Source: Paraspadella gotoi (lineage: Eukaryota > Animalia > Chaetognatha). Taken from it: a DNA stretch of 33,470 bases. Below are positions 1 to 10,627 of this stretch, in pieces; the stretch's first letter is position 1, and each line of letters begins with the position of its first letter. Below the pieces are notes generated by a model. The model worked only from the letters and a program-made list of their open reading frames with translations. It was not told where the DNA came from and ran no database searches. The DNA is taken from positions 1 to 33,470 of the forward strand of contig JBJCIZ010000450.1 in the NCBI GenBank assembly GCA_051294375.1. The letters run 5' to 3'. The position numbers and the translations under genes were made by a program.

Positions 1-579
1 CTTTCATTCGTTGTGTGATGAGATCTCCCTCCTAGCTAAGATTCGCTTATCCAAACTGGTGGAACGCCCAGCACCACCACAACCGCAGGGTGATTCCCCT
101 GTCCCCTCTCAACAGGTCAGGCGATGACCACCTGCAAAACAATGGATGCCCAATACCTCACCCTCTTCTGTAGCAACTCAGTCCCACTCTCCTCAGGCCG
201 AGCGTTGCCCAAAACGATGGCTGCAGAAGGAGGATGAGGAGTCTGTAACTCCCATTTCCCATCTGGATCACTCCCAGATCCGACCTTGTCACACTCCATC
301 ACAATAGCCTCTCAGCCCATGACACGCCAATGACCCGATTACATCGCCAAAATCCCCCATTTGCCACCCTCGGGGGGGGGCAGCTCATTTTGAGCTCTTT
401 TTCTTTCTCTTTATTTCCCTTTTAATTACATATCTATCTCTCAAATCAACAAACTATCTTTCATTTTTAAAAAAAAATTTTCACTTTTTAAGTTTCAAAT
501 TAAAATTGCACTTAACTAACTTTAGTCTATTTATTTATTTAGTTTGTCTATTTATTTAACTTTATCATTGTTGTACATT
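1..579 (+). mobile_element. Module A: GC-rich degenerate ORF tail plus 3' region, probably a PLE 3' fragment
   Basis: Frame 1 at 61-393 reads GTPSTTTTAG*FPC...TTCKTMDAQYLTLFC...SGRAL...HF...RQ*PDYIAKIPHLPPSGGGSSF*, loosely like the PLE linker/GIY-YIG tail (GxFPC, TCxTxxxxYL, HF, IxxLxxLxPxG). It is homologous to 10756-10894, which lies between hammerhead motifs, and both share the downstream motif TATCATTGTTGTACATT. The family call is inference. Confidence 0.4.
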
Positions 580-613
580 AGAGCTCCCAGAAATACCATG
601 CATTTTTGAAAGT
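1..613 (+). repeat. Direct duplicate of 788-1389 (period ~787 bp)
   Basis: 1-613 matches 788-1389 apart from indels. At ...TTTTGAAAGTT the sequence jumps back to the segment that normally precedes the module (617-787 matches 25516-25675). Confidence 0.9.
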
Positions 614-787
614 TAGATTAGATAAGCATTTTTTGAACTAAAATTCTAAAAGTCAATTATGAACAACATAAATTCTAAATGTCAATTCTTAATGTGTATG
701 AATGGTATCAACTTTATTTATTTCACACAAAGAATAGGCATTCTTTTTTGATTAAAGAAAATATAAATAATTTATAACATTTGATTT

Positions 788-1354
788 CTTTCATTCGTTG
801 TGTGATGAGATCTCCCTCCTAGCTAAGATTCGCTTATCCAAACTGGTGGAACGCCCAGCACCACCACAACGCAGGTGATCCCCTGCCCCTCTCAACAGGT
901 CAGGCGGATGACCACCTGCAAAACAATGGATGCCAATACTCACCCTTTCTGTAGCAACTCAGTCCCACTCTCCTCAGCCGAGCGTTGCCCAAAACGATGG
1001 CTGCAGAAGGAGGATGAGGAAGTCTTAACTCCCATTTCCCATCTGGATCACTCCCAGATCCGACCTTGTCACACTCCATCACAATAGCCCTAGCCCATGA
1101 CACGCCAATGACCCGATTACATCGCCAAAATCCCCCATTTGCACCCTCGGGGGGGGGCAGCTCATTTTGAGCTCTTTTTCTTTCTCTTTATTTCCCTTTT
1201 AATTACATATCTATCTCTCAAATCAACAAACTATCTTTCATTTTTAAAAAAAAATTTCACTTTTTAAGTTTCAAATTAAAATTGCACTTAACTAACTTTA
1301 GTCTATTATTATTTTAGTTTGTCTATTTATTTAACTTTATCATTGTTGTACATT
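788..1354 (+). mobile_element. Module A, second copy (putative PLE 3' fragment)
   Basis: Near-identical to 1-579. Confidence 0.4.
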
Positions 1355-1968
1355 AGAGCTCCCAGAAATACCATGCATTTTTGAAAGTTCCTGATACCTG
1401 CAAAGTTTCTTGTGCCAAATTTCGTGGAGAAAACGAATATCACAATAAAAATTCCTGAATGCTTTTTATGGATTTTCCACGCCAGTTTTTGCTTCCGGTT
1501 TTAAAAAATCATAATTTTAGGAAAAAAATGAGCTTTTATTCAGCTGGCATACTTTAATTAATCAAAATAAAGTTACTACTAACCTTATTACTAAATTTAT
1601 GTTGTGGTTTATAAAAAGTTATGATTACGAAAGACTTCAAATTAAAAATTATTAGTTTTTTTTAAGCCAAATCGTCCCTAACCAAATTACTCTACAAATT
1701 CTAATAAGATTTTATAAAAAGTAAGATTTGGTTGTACAAATAAAACTCTCTAAGGGATTTTAAATATTTAATCCTTAAGCCAAGATATTGGCCTTTAAAG
1801 GTTTGCTAAATGATGCCAAAAAAAAGTAGTGAATTAGATATAAGCGCTTTGGCCTTTGTGGCTAGCAAGCCTCCCACTCAACCTTAACACTAAACCAGGT
1901 CATAATAAGTCTTCTCAGCTCATGACTTCTCGCAAGCTACTTTGATAACCTTAATTTTAAAATCAATT

Positions 1969-2070
1969 ATTGGTTTTCATCGCATCAATATTTGGTTATC
2001 ATCGCATCAATCATTTGGTTATCGTCGCATCAACCTTTGGTTATCATCGCCATCAATATTTGGTTATCAT
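1969..2070 (+). repeat. 22 bp minisatellite TTGGTTATCATCGCATCAATAT, about 4.5 units
   Basis: Tandem units are directly visible. Also at 17322-17419 and, reverse-complemented, at 25684-25781. Confidence 0.9.
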
Positions 2071-2509
2071 TGAAGGGAGGCTCGATCCAATTCTTTTTAA
2101 GATTTTCTTTAAAGAATAAGTTTCTAATAAATTGTTATTTTAGTTTTTAAGTGCTTATACTCCTTGAAATAATGGAAACTACAATGCAATCTGCTTTAAA
2201 TTTGTTATTGTCTCTCACTGTCTACATAAATATGAACTTATGTAATAAAACGATTTAAACCTTAAAATGGAGTTAACTAAATTCCTTGAAATGCCAATTA
2301 AAACAAACTCGAATTGAACAACCTCAGTTAAAGATAATATAATGTTTAATATATCAACAATAACCCTCGAAACGTCCGTTACTCGATCACTCTCTCTATT
2401 TCCTTTTTCTTCTTTTTTTATCTCTCTCTCACTTTTCTCTCTCTCTTTCTATCTCTTTCACTTTTTTTTAATTTTCATATCTCTCCTCTGTCTCTTGAAA
2501 CAAAAGTCG

Positions 2510-2940
2510 TGTTGTTAGGAAATGGGTAAATTTGATCTTTTCTATGCCTATGATTTTAATTCCCTGCTTTCTAGGAGTATGAGTAGGAACTTGCGATAAG
2601 TCATAAAGGGCAAAAACCCATATATGTTAATGATAATCCCAATGCACAAAGTAGTTGACAAAGAGAGAGCGCAGATGGCAATCAAAATTCCTAAAAAGGG
2701 CAAAAAATTGTAGTGGGTAGGACATGAAAAATCACCTAACTATTACAATCTCTTACTGGTACTCCTATCCAAACTCGCGGCTTCAACAAAATTTGGCAGC
2801 CAAATAATTTCTCCAAATCCTCAAGAAAGCCGCCTGAGAATCGGGAATCATAAACAGATTTTCTAAAGCAAGGTTTTGACAAAAGAGCAACGCTAATTTC
2901 CCGATTTTCCTTAGCACCGGTAGCAGAGGACTCGCGCACA
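2510..2940 (-). repeat. 3' LTR (element on minus strand)
   Basis: Direct repeat of 8248-8667, adjacent to the PPT. Confidence 0.9.
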
Positions 2941-2948
2941 CTCCCCCC
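2941..2948 (-). promoter_or_regulatory. Polypurine tract GGGGGGAG
   Basis: Abuts the TGTGCG start of the 3' LTR on the minus strand. A small hairpin GGTGG-TCTCA-CCACC lies next to it. Confidence 0.8.
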
Positions 2949-3979
2949 GGTGGTCTCACCACCAGAAAAGTCGCGAGCGTCCGCGCCTAACTTTCATTTC
3001 AAATCATTTCAACTTTGGACTTGTAGTATCAGCTTCAATAACTGCCCCAAATTTCCCCCCTTCCCCCCAATTTTCCCAGGCTTTGTTCAAGAATTCTTGC
3101 CGTCCCGCTGTTACCACCATCTGCCGATCTCGTATGCCGCGCCGTTTGTTCACGATTTGCCGTTGCTCCGCGTCGCCATACTGCAAGTTCCTCCCCCCAT
3201 TAAACTTTTTCCCAACTAACCGCCGCCGCCTTCTTCAAGACATGCATGCACCATCTGTTCACGCAAAACACTTGCTGACGTCCCGAATTCTCTCAACGGC
3301 ATAGCCGGAAGCTGCGTACTTGCTTGATCATCTACGTCTCGGCCACTTGAATTCTAGCTGACGACAGTTAGCTGGTGCTTGACGTGATAAATGAATTGTT
3401 GACAATCCTTCTCGACTATCTAGAGTGAATGGAATTTCGAGGCCAAGATGTTCTAGCTCACTAAACTGTCTGACCTGCCCCCATGTTTGGTGCGGACTGA
3501 GGCTGCTAGCTCAATTAATTAACTGTTCAACTTCTATTTTAATATGTCTATTACTACCTTTCTTGATCATAATTTTCAAAGTTTTCAAAATTCATGAGCT
3601 TTCTACTTGCCAAATAAATACTGTTCAAGATCATGCTTACATCAATTAGTACTAAGAAACGTGACACCATTAAGCGAAATTCATCGTGTTTCGATTTTAA
3701 AAAAAATAATTCTTAGTTCAAATAAATTCAATCGGACAAAAGAATTTCCTGCTGCGCTGCAGTCGCAGATCCAATCAATTAAATATTCAATTTACTCTTT
3801 TCTAATCATTAAGTTATCCGGGTAAGTTGTTGACCTTCTAACCTTCATGGCAGCCTCACATGATTGGTTAGAAGAGAAAGATGACGAAATAAGGCACAGA
3901 AGACGAAACAATACAAATGGGACGACGTCGTCAACCATACTACAAAAATATCTGGCGGTTAATGGATGCCCCCAAGAAA

Positions 3980-4945
3980 GGTACTCATCAGGGTCTTTTC
4001 AGCCCTGTTATCTTTCGATGAAGATAAGTCACATCAGGGTTTTTAAGCCCATTCAATTTCGGAGAAAAAAAAACACCAAACAAAACAAAAAAAGTCACAG
4101 CAGAGGGTTTATCCGCCCTGTGACATCGGAAAGAAAGATAAATAAGCTCACAGCCAGGGTTATCTGCCCCCTGCTTGACTATGAGATAGAAAAAATTAAG
4201 TTACATCAAGGGTTTTTAAGCCCTTTGTCAACTTTCTGAGATAAAAATTAAATAAGTCACAGCAGCGGTTTATCTGCCCGGTTGACTATCGAATAAAAAA
4301 AAAAAAAATAAGCTCACATCCAGGATTTATCCACCCTGTTGACTACGAGATTAAAAAAATTAAATAAGTCACAATCAGGTTTATCTGACCCTTTGACTAT
4401 CGAGATAAAAAAAAATTAATAAGTTCACATCAGGTTTATCCGCCACTGTCAACTTTCGAGATTTTAAAAAACAATAATAAATAAGTCACAGCAGGGTATT
4501 TATCTGCCCTGTTGACTATCGGAGAAAGAAAATAATAAGTCACAGAGGGTTTATCCGCCCTGTTGACTACGAGATAAAAAAAATAACTTACATCAGGTTT
4601 TTAAGCCCTGTCAACTTCGAGATAAAAAATTAAATAAGTCACAGCAGGTTTATATCCCTACCCCCTGTAACTATCGAGATAAAAAAAAATAATAATCAGC
4701 ATCAGGATTTATCCACCCTGTTGGACTATCAAGAAAGAAAATAAATAAGTTCACAGCAGGGTTTATTCCGCCCTGTAGACTATCGCAGATAAAAAATTTA
4801 ATAAGTCACATCAGGTTTATCTGCCCTGTTGACTATCGAATAAAAAAAAAAATAAATAAGTCACAGCAGGTTATCCGCCCTGTTGACTATCGAGAAAGAA
4901 ATGGTTCTTTAAGTTCCGATCAGGGTATGTCCGCCCTGGATTGAA
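3980..4945. repeat. Tandem array of about 18 units of ~55 bp, each an imperfect stem-loop (GTCACAGCAGGG-TTTATCCG-CCCTGTTGAC) followed by an A-rich linker
   Basis: Units counted by eye; CAGGG/CCCTG and GTCA/TGAC arms are complementary. Confidence 0.9.
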
Positions 4946-5329
4946 CTTACAAATTGGAGTCTATTCAATGTAATGACTCCGAACATAATACAGATTGGTT
5001 AGTTCTTGAAAACGAAAAATAGCCAAGATGTTAGTACTGGGAACGAAAATTATATGCCAACAAGGTCAGTATCGGTATTCAAATTCATAATTAAAATCAG
5101 CTAGACAAATTATCCGGAAACAAGATTATTCAGGGATCACAATGTTTAGATCGCCGACATATTAAATCTCAAAAACTTATGAGACATGACATTAGACAAC
5201 AAATTGAAACTCCTTAGACGAGGCGTAGTTTCACAAGCAGACAGTATTATTTCTAAGAAAAATTTACTCAGAAAGCTTAAATTGTTATTCCACATGCCAT
5301 GTCCTAATCTAAAAAAAAACCAAATAAAA

Positions 5330-5700
5330 TCAGCCCGACGGATCAAATCTTAATTGTTAAGAAGTAGCCCGCCAGCTTAGATCGGTAAAATTTTAATAAA
5401 GCTCAGCTCGCCAGCTGATCATCTTAAAAAAGCTCAGCTCGCCAGCTGGGATCATTAATCTTAAAAAAGCCTAGCTCGCCAGCTGCGATCATTTAATCTG
5501 AAAAAAGCTCAGCTTGCCAGCTGAGCAGTAATCTTAAAGAAAGCTCAGCTCGCCAGCTGGATCATCTTAAAAAAGCCCGCCAGCTGATCATAAAATTAAA
5601 TAAAGTGCAGGGCTCGCCAGCTGATCATAAATCTTAAAAAGCCGCTGCGCTTGATCGTAAAAATATAAAGTAAAATAAAGCTCAGCCCGACGGCTGATCA
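5330..5700. repeat. Tandem array of about 11 units of ~35 bp with tetraloop hairpin TCAGCT-CGCC-AGCTGA
   Basis: Directly visible. The variant TCAGCC-CGAC-GGCTGA at 5682-5697 keeps the pairing. Confidence 0.9.
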
Positions 5701-5995
5701 TACTGAAAACAAAATGCCAAATCGCCCGGGTTCAAGTCTTAATTAATTATAATATATCGAGAATTTCTATGCCCAAAAATTGACAGATTTACAATTAATA
5801 AAATTCAGGGCATTCATCAGCTGCTCATAAATTTTTTTTTTTTTTAACAGAAATAATCAAAATATCCAACTTCGTTCCAAAAAAAAAAAAATTTTTTCAT
5901 AATTGATTTGACGTGTCAAACAAATTGAGAAATTGCCGGAAGTAACTAAGTAAATTCATCTCGAATTGATGCTGATTAGCTATTAAACAAATTAA

Positions 5996-7560
5996 TCTAG
6001 TCTGACTTGAGTCACTTGGAGTCGTATGACCATACACAACAGAATCGTCGGTTCCCTAACAAAGTTGCTTTCCTGTTCATTAACCGTTCAGAGCTTTCTT
6101 AATGAAGTTAACAAATCATCAAACTTCATCTCTTCATCGATAAAGCCATCTTCAGCACTCTGCAACTCTTCCCATTTCCGAATCGATCATCCTCTTTGCA
6201 CAAGTGTTGCTAAGAAAGGCAATTTTTTGAAACAATCTCCGGTACGTTTCTAAAGTGTAAAAAGTCGCCTCCCTCTTAGTTTCAATCGCCTACGAATATG
6301 AAACTTCTTCATTTCGAGAACATAAGCGTTGCCGTAGCGCCAGCCAAAATCCCTGTGAAATCTTGCGGTCCCCTTCAAAGCTGCTTTCCAACATTTGTGG
6401 CCGTGTTACGTTTTTTTCTATCCAAACTCAACTCTCAAGGCCTTCCGAACCTTTTAGCCCGCCCAGTGAATATCACTGAAGCGCCTCATGATTGTGATGA
6501 TTATAATCGCAGCATCTCCATCAAAATACTTCCCTTATCTCACTCATCAACATACTGACATTCACTCCAACATGATTAGCTAAAGAGTTAAACAAATTCA
6601 ACTGGCTTTCAAATCAATCCTCTTGTCCTTTAACCATTAAACTTTAATTTTGGTCTCCTCTGATGCATCATCGTGAAAGCATGATGTTGGGTCTAATGAA
6701 CAAGCTGGGCAAAATGCGTCCATCGCTCAGTATCGGTCACAACTGTGGCCTGCGTGGGATAATGTACTGCCCATATGAAATCTCCTAACCTTTGTTGGTG
6801 GCGAAAATCAGACGCGAAGCACTTGAAAACGACCGTAAACCCTTGCAGATGAGACACCATATACAAATTAGATTGGGGTGGGAGGAAAATCAACCTGAGT
6901 CGCCAAACAACAGACTGTCTTTTTTTCAACTCTTCGAGCATCCCTTAGAAACACACCGGACTTGTTTTAACTACGGACGGCGAGGTCGATCGAACGAGCC
7001 ATTGTCGATCCTCTTCGGCCGTAACCCTTGTTTCCTAGAAGTATTCGTTGAAACATTCACGGATCTTTCTAATCTCTGATGGCATTTGATTTATTTCCAT
7101 TTCAAATTTTTCGATTTTCAGCTTTTCGTTCGACTTCATTAATTTTATTTCTCTAAGGATTTCTTTCTTACGTCAGCTTTTTTTCCGTCAAGTTTCAATT
7201 TCTTTCGATTTGATCAATCTCAGCTCGCTTATTGGCTAACCCTTTGTAGGCTCCTTTCTGCTCGAAGGCGAATCGATGCGTACGGACGTTACCGAGTTAT
7301 TAGGAGAAGAATGACGGCTCCCCCATCCCTAAGCTTTAGAAAAATGCGCAGAAACGTCCGCTGTGGCCGAGAAGATTGTCAGCAGAACGAATCAGAACTC
7401 GCCGATTTCCGCGGCGGCGGCGAGGAAGAAACATCAATGTATGTTTGAAGAATAGGAGGAGAGAGAGCTGAGGAAGAGTCAAGGACGGACTGCGGAGGAT
7501 AACGGACGGGGTTTGGGACAGAGACCGTACTCGGGTCCACATCGATACAATCGTACATCC
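5996..7560 (-). pseudogene. gag: gag-like ORF (BEL/Pao DUF1759-like), broken by indels that may be sequencing errors
   Basis: Frame-joined minus-strand peptides: a Ser/Pro-rich start, a coiled-coil-like stretch (KRAEIDQIE...KIEKFEMEINQ), RPKLKFNG...ESQLNLFNSLANHVGVNVSMLMSE...KYFDGDAAIII...VRKALRVEFG, and RKWEELQSAEDGFIDEEMKFDDLLTSLRKL. These fit the DUF1759 pattern (FxG..F..F..L.G.A..I..L...FG, later WE...L). No zinc knuckle recognised. Confidence 0.65.
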
Positions 7561-8238
7561 CTTTCCTCCCTTTCCCCTTCTAAACTGGATCATTAAATGA
7601 CCCTTCCATCGCAAGAGACGCCGCACAATAAATTAGACAGTGGCAATAACCGAGAAACAATATACGGTGCGAATTAATACGGTTAGGGATTCTAATATAC
7701 GATTTATCTATCGCTTTCAAAACAGCATAAACACGACGATGGAATTCCGATAAAACACTGACACGAAACTCGGCACTTGTCTCGGGGCACGGAACTGCCT
7801 CTAAACTGTCCGGACGTCGGGATCACTTTGGGCAACTCGATGCCTGTCAATTAATCTCTCAACTGTTTGTTAATTCATTAACAAAATTTCTTACTCCTCT
7901 TTCGCTGATTGTTAGTTTTATCATTAAAATAATCTATCCATTAACGAGCGCCCAAAAGATCTTGGCAGCATAGATCACAAAAATTTCACCTTGAAGATCC
8001 CCTCCGACGTGCAACTAAACTCGATTAACCTCTGTTTAGTCCGGAGACTATTTTAAATTTATCACTTAAGCCCAAGAGCATCTACAGCTCAAAGATCCAA
8101 GTGCTGTCACCTTGGCTCGACAGCCTTGCCAGTGTTCGTTTTAATTACCACCTTCGAGCTCACTCGGCAGCTTACCACCGAAGGCAGCATCAAAAATTTA
8201 CCCACGCGTTTTAACCTTAGAGTTTAAGTTTTAGGATC

Positions 8239-8247
8239 AGATTTGAA
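8239..8247 (-). promoter_or_regulatory. Atypical primer-binding position (TTCAAATCT), complementary to the LTR rather than to a tRNA 3' end
   Basis: No TGG follows the 5' LTR. Plus-strand AGATTTGAA (8239-8247) is the exact reverse complement of TTCAAATCT (8407-8415) inside the LTR. Confidence 0.5.
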
Positions 8248-8667
8248 TGTAGAGAAATGGGTAAATTTGATCTTTCGTTATGCTATATTTTTATTCCCTG
8301 CGTTTCTAGGAGATGATTAGAACTTGGATAATCATAAAGGGCAAAAACCCCATATTGAAATATAATCCCAATGCACAAAGTAGTGACAAGAGAGAGCGCG
8401 ACCGAGTTCAAATCTAAAAAGGGGCAAAAAAATGTAGTGGGGTGAGACAGAAAAAATCCCTAAACTATTACAATCTCCCTTACTGGTACTCCTATCCAAA
8501 CTACGCAGCTTCAACAAAATGCAGCAAAATAATTTCTCCAAAATTCCTCAAGAAAGCGCTGAGGAATCGGGAATCACTAAACAGATTTTCTAAGCAAGGT
8601 TTTGACAAAAGAGCAACGCTAATTTCCCGATGCCCTTAGCACCCACGGTGCAGAGCGCTCGCGCACA
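8248..8667 (-). repeat. 5' LTR
   Basis: TGT...ACA ends, direct repeat of 2510-2940, minus-strand AATAAA at ~8290-8295. Confidence 0.9.
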
Positions 8668-9973
8668 AGTCGAAAACATGTTCATTGTTTAAATATAAAA
8701 AAATTGTTATTAGAAATCAAATTGTGTTTTTTTCCTTTAAACATTTAATAAATTTAAATTATATTTTCGGGAGTAGGATATTTTTATACTGTTCCCAGGC
8801 AAATATAAATATTTGTTCTTTGATTCCATATATCCTAGCTCCCCGTCACAAGCATGTTCAGTTTCTCTCCAGACAAAAGAGTTTTAAGCTACAGTCTTGC
8901 TAAGTTTTGAGATGAAATTTTGCTTGTGCTAGAAAGTGTGTTATTGAGCTGGATATACAGTTTCAATGGAATCTGTCCAAATAAAAATGAGTAAAAATGG
9001 GAAAAAACTTTTTATTTATTGGATTACTTTTTTCATATGTAATGTAAATACAAGCTGCAATAAGTAATTGATTAATTAATTGATTAATTAATTTATTTAT
9101 ATATTATTTGTTAATTAATATTTTTTTTATTTATTTATCAATTAATACGGAAATAATTAAATAATAATTGTTTATTTTCAAACTTTTTTTTAAATTTTTT
9201 TTTTAACAATCTAGAACGATGNNNNNNNNNNNNNNNNNNNNNNNNNGTCTCAAATAATTGTAATGGGAATTAACAAAATTGTTATCAAAGAAATAAATAA
9301 TAAAATAAGAAAATAGCATATTTTTAACCGATTTCATTGCCAGAAGAAATCTTTTTCATACTCAAATTCTTGCCGGACAAACAAAATTCTTTTGTTCGAG
9401 CTCTGATCAGATTTCCTTCATCATCACGCGCCCTCTCAAAACATCTGCACTTTTGCTTTCAGAGATAAAAGACAACTAAAATACAGTTCTCGGAAAGTTT
9501 TTACAAAAAACTTTTAGTTACTAAAAAAATTTGTTTCACTTTGAATAAAAAAAATATGTCGAGAAAAATTATTAAATATAAAATAATCTAAAAAATATCA
9601 AAAATAAAATCTATTAAGTTTAAAAAAATTTCTTGTTTCAGTTCATTTCTGTAGAAAAATTATTTATATGAAATTTTATTTTTTTATTTTTTTAGTTGCA
9701 GCAACACTAGAAAAAAATTAAAAATTTGTTTTCATTCCTATTTTCTTTTTTCAATAACTAAATCATTAACCATAAATAAACCTAATAAATACACCTAATC
9801 CCTCAGCCTAATTTCAAACCCAGTCTTTAAAAAAAGCAAGTTTGAGCAAACAATATCAGATCTGCCCACGATCATTAGTGATAATTAATTAATTAATTAA
9901 TTAATCAGTTAAAACATTAATTAAATAATTTTTTACACATTAATTAATTAATAAATTAATTGTTTGCACAAAC

Positions 9974-10262
9974 TTGATTGATTGATTGATTGATTGATTG
10001 ACTTTGTTTCTTTCTTTTTTCTTTTCTCTTTTTCTTTACTTTCGTCTTTATTTTTTATTTCCTTCTTCCTTTCTTTCTTTCTTTTTCTTTTTTTCTTTCT
10101 TAATTTGTTTTTTTTTATGTTTTTCATATCTTTCTTTTCCTCTTCTCTTTTGAGAGAGAGAGAGAAAGAGAGACAGGGAGAGAGAGAGAGAGAGAAATAG
10201 AGAGAGAGAGAGAGAGAGAAAGAAATAAAGACAGAAAAAGAGAGAGAGAGAGAGAGAGAGAG
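9974..10262. repeat. Compound low-complexity tract: (TTGA)n, T/C-rich run, (AG)n
   Basis: Directly visible; repeated at ~19086-19373 and ~30405-30700. It produces the spurious LSLSLS/RERERE ORFs. Confidence 0.95.
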
Positions 10263-10310
10263 ATAAGTGGCCCATTGTCTCGTCCCCGTCATGAATTGGG
10301 GCAGGGATAT

Positions 10311-10371
10311 GCCGGGAATAAAATCCCCGGCGAAGACCGCCGCAGGGCGTTGTGGCGGTGAACTTATAGTT
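10311..10371 (+). mobile_element. GC-rich double hairpin followed by CTTATAGTT; candidate Helitron/Helentron 3' terminus
   Basis: GCCGGGA..TCCCCGGC (10311-10331) and ACCGCCGCA..TGTGGCGGT (10336-10359). Copies at 19422-19481 and 30755-30815. Confidence 0.4.
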
Positions 10372-10583
10372 AGCTTCCCCCAAACTGCGTGAATTTTAAA
10401 AGTTTAATCTGCAAGGATATGGCCCGCGTAATATCTCATTCTCTCTCTGCTCAAACTTACCCTGTCCTCAAACTGACCACTCTACTTTTTTTAATTCTTT
10501 GTTGAAAACTTTTATTTTCTCTCTCTCTCTCTTTCTCACTGTTTACTTGTGAAACAAAATTTGTCTCCTTTCACAAACCAAAT

Positions 10584-10627
10584 AAGCACTGAAGAAGACT
10601 TGTACAAAAGTCAAAACATGTATGTTT
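10584..10627 (+). ncRNA. Minimal type I hammerhead motif with a core substitution (GAAA to AAAA)
   Basis: AAGCA-CTGAAGA-A-GACTT-GTACAA-AAGTC-AAAA-CATGTA-TGTTT. Stems I and II pair; the G12 position is A in all three unit copies. Confidence 0.65.

Larger units (their letters stand above)
2510..8667 (-). mobile_element. Non-autonomous LTR retrotransposon, BEL/Pao-like, gag only
   Basis: Two ~420-430 bp direct repeats with TGT...ACA ends. 5 bp TSD AGTCG at 2505-2509 and 8668-8672. Empty site AAAAGTCGAAACATGT at ~17825 and ~29087. PPT complement CTCCCCCC at 2941-2948. gag-like peptides on the minus strand; no RT, RNase H or integrase motifs seen. Confidence 0.9.

Noticed and set aside
600-790. 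Biological meaning for the 787 bp tandem duplication
   Set aside because: It cannot be distinguished from an unmerged contig overlap in this assembly.
2950-3600. Integrase C-terminus or env remnant before the PPT
   Set aside because: Minus-strand reading showed no DUF5641, DDE or transmembrane pattern; an HMM search could overturn this.
3847-4239. 130 aa plus-strand ORF
   Set aside because: Antisense to the element, runs into the tandem array, and has no recognisable domain.
3980-4945. CRISPR array
   Set aside because: The repeats are palindromic, but the spacers are near-identical A-rich linkers, there are no cas genes, and the array sits inside a eukaryotic LTR element.
9948-10383. ORFs rich in LS, RE, K or F (also 19106-19493, 26257-27037, 27484-27912, 30427-30859)
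   Set aside because: Translations of (AG)n and T-rich microsatellites.
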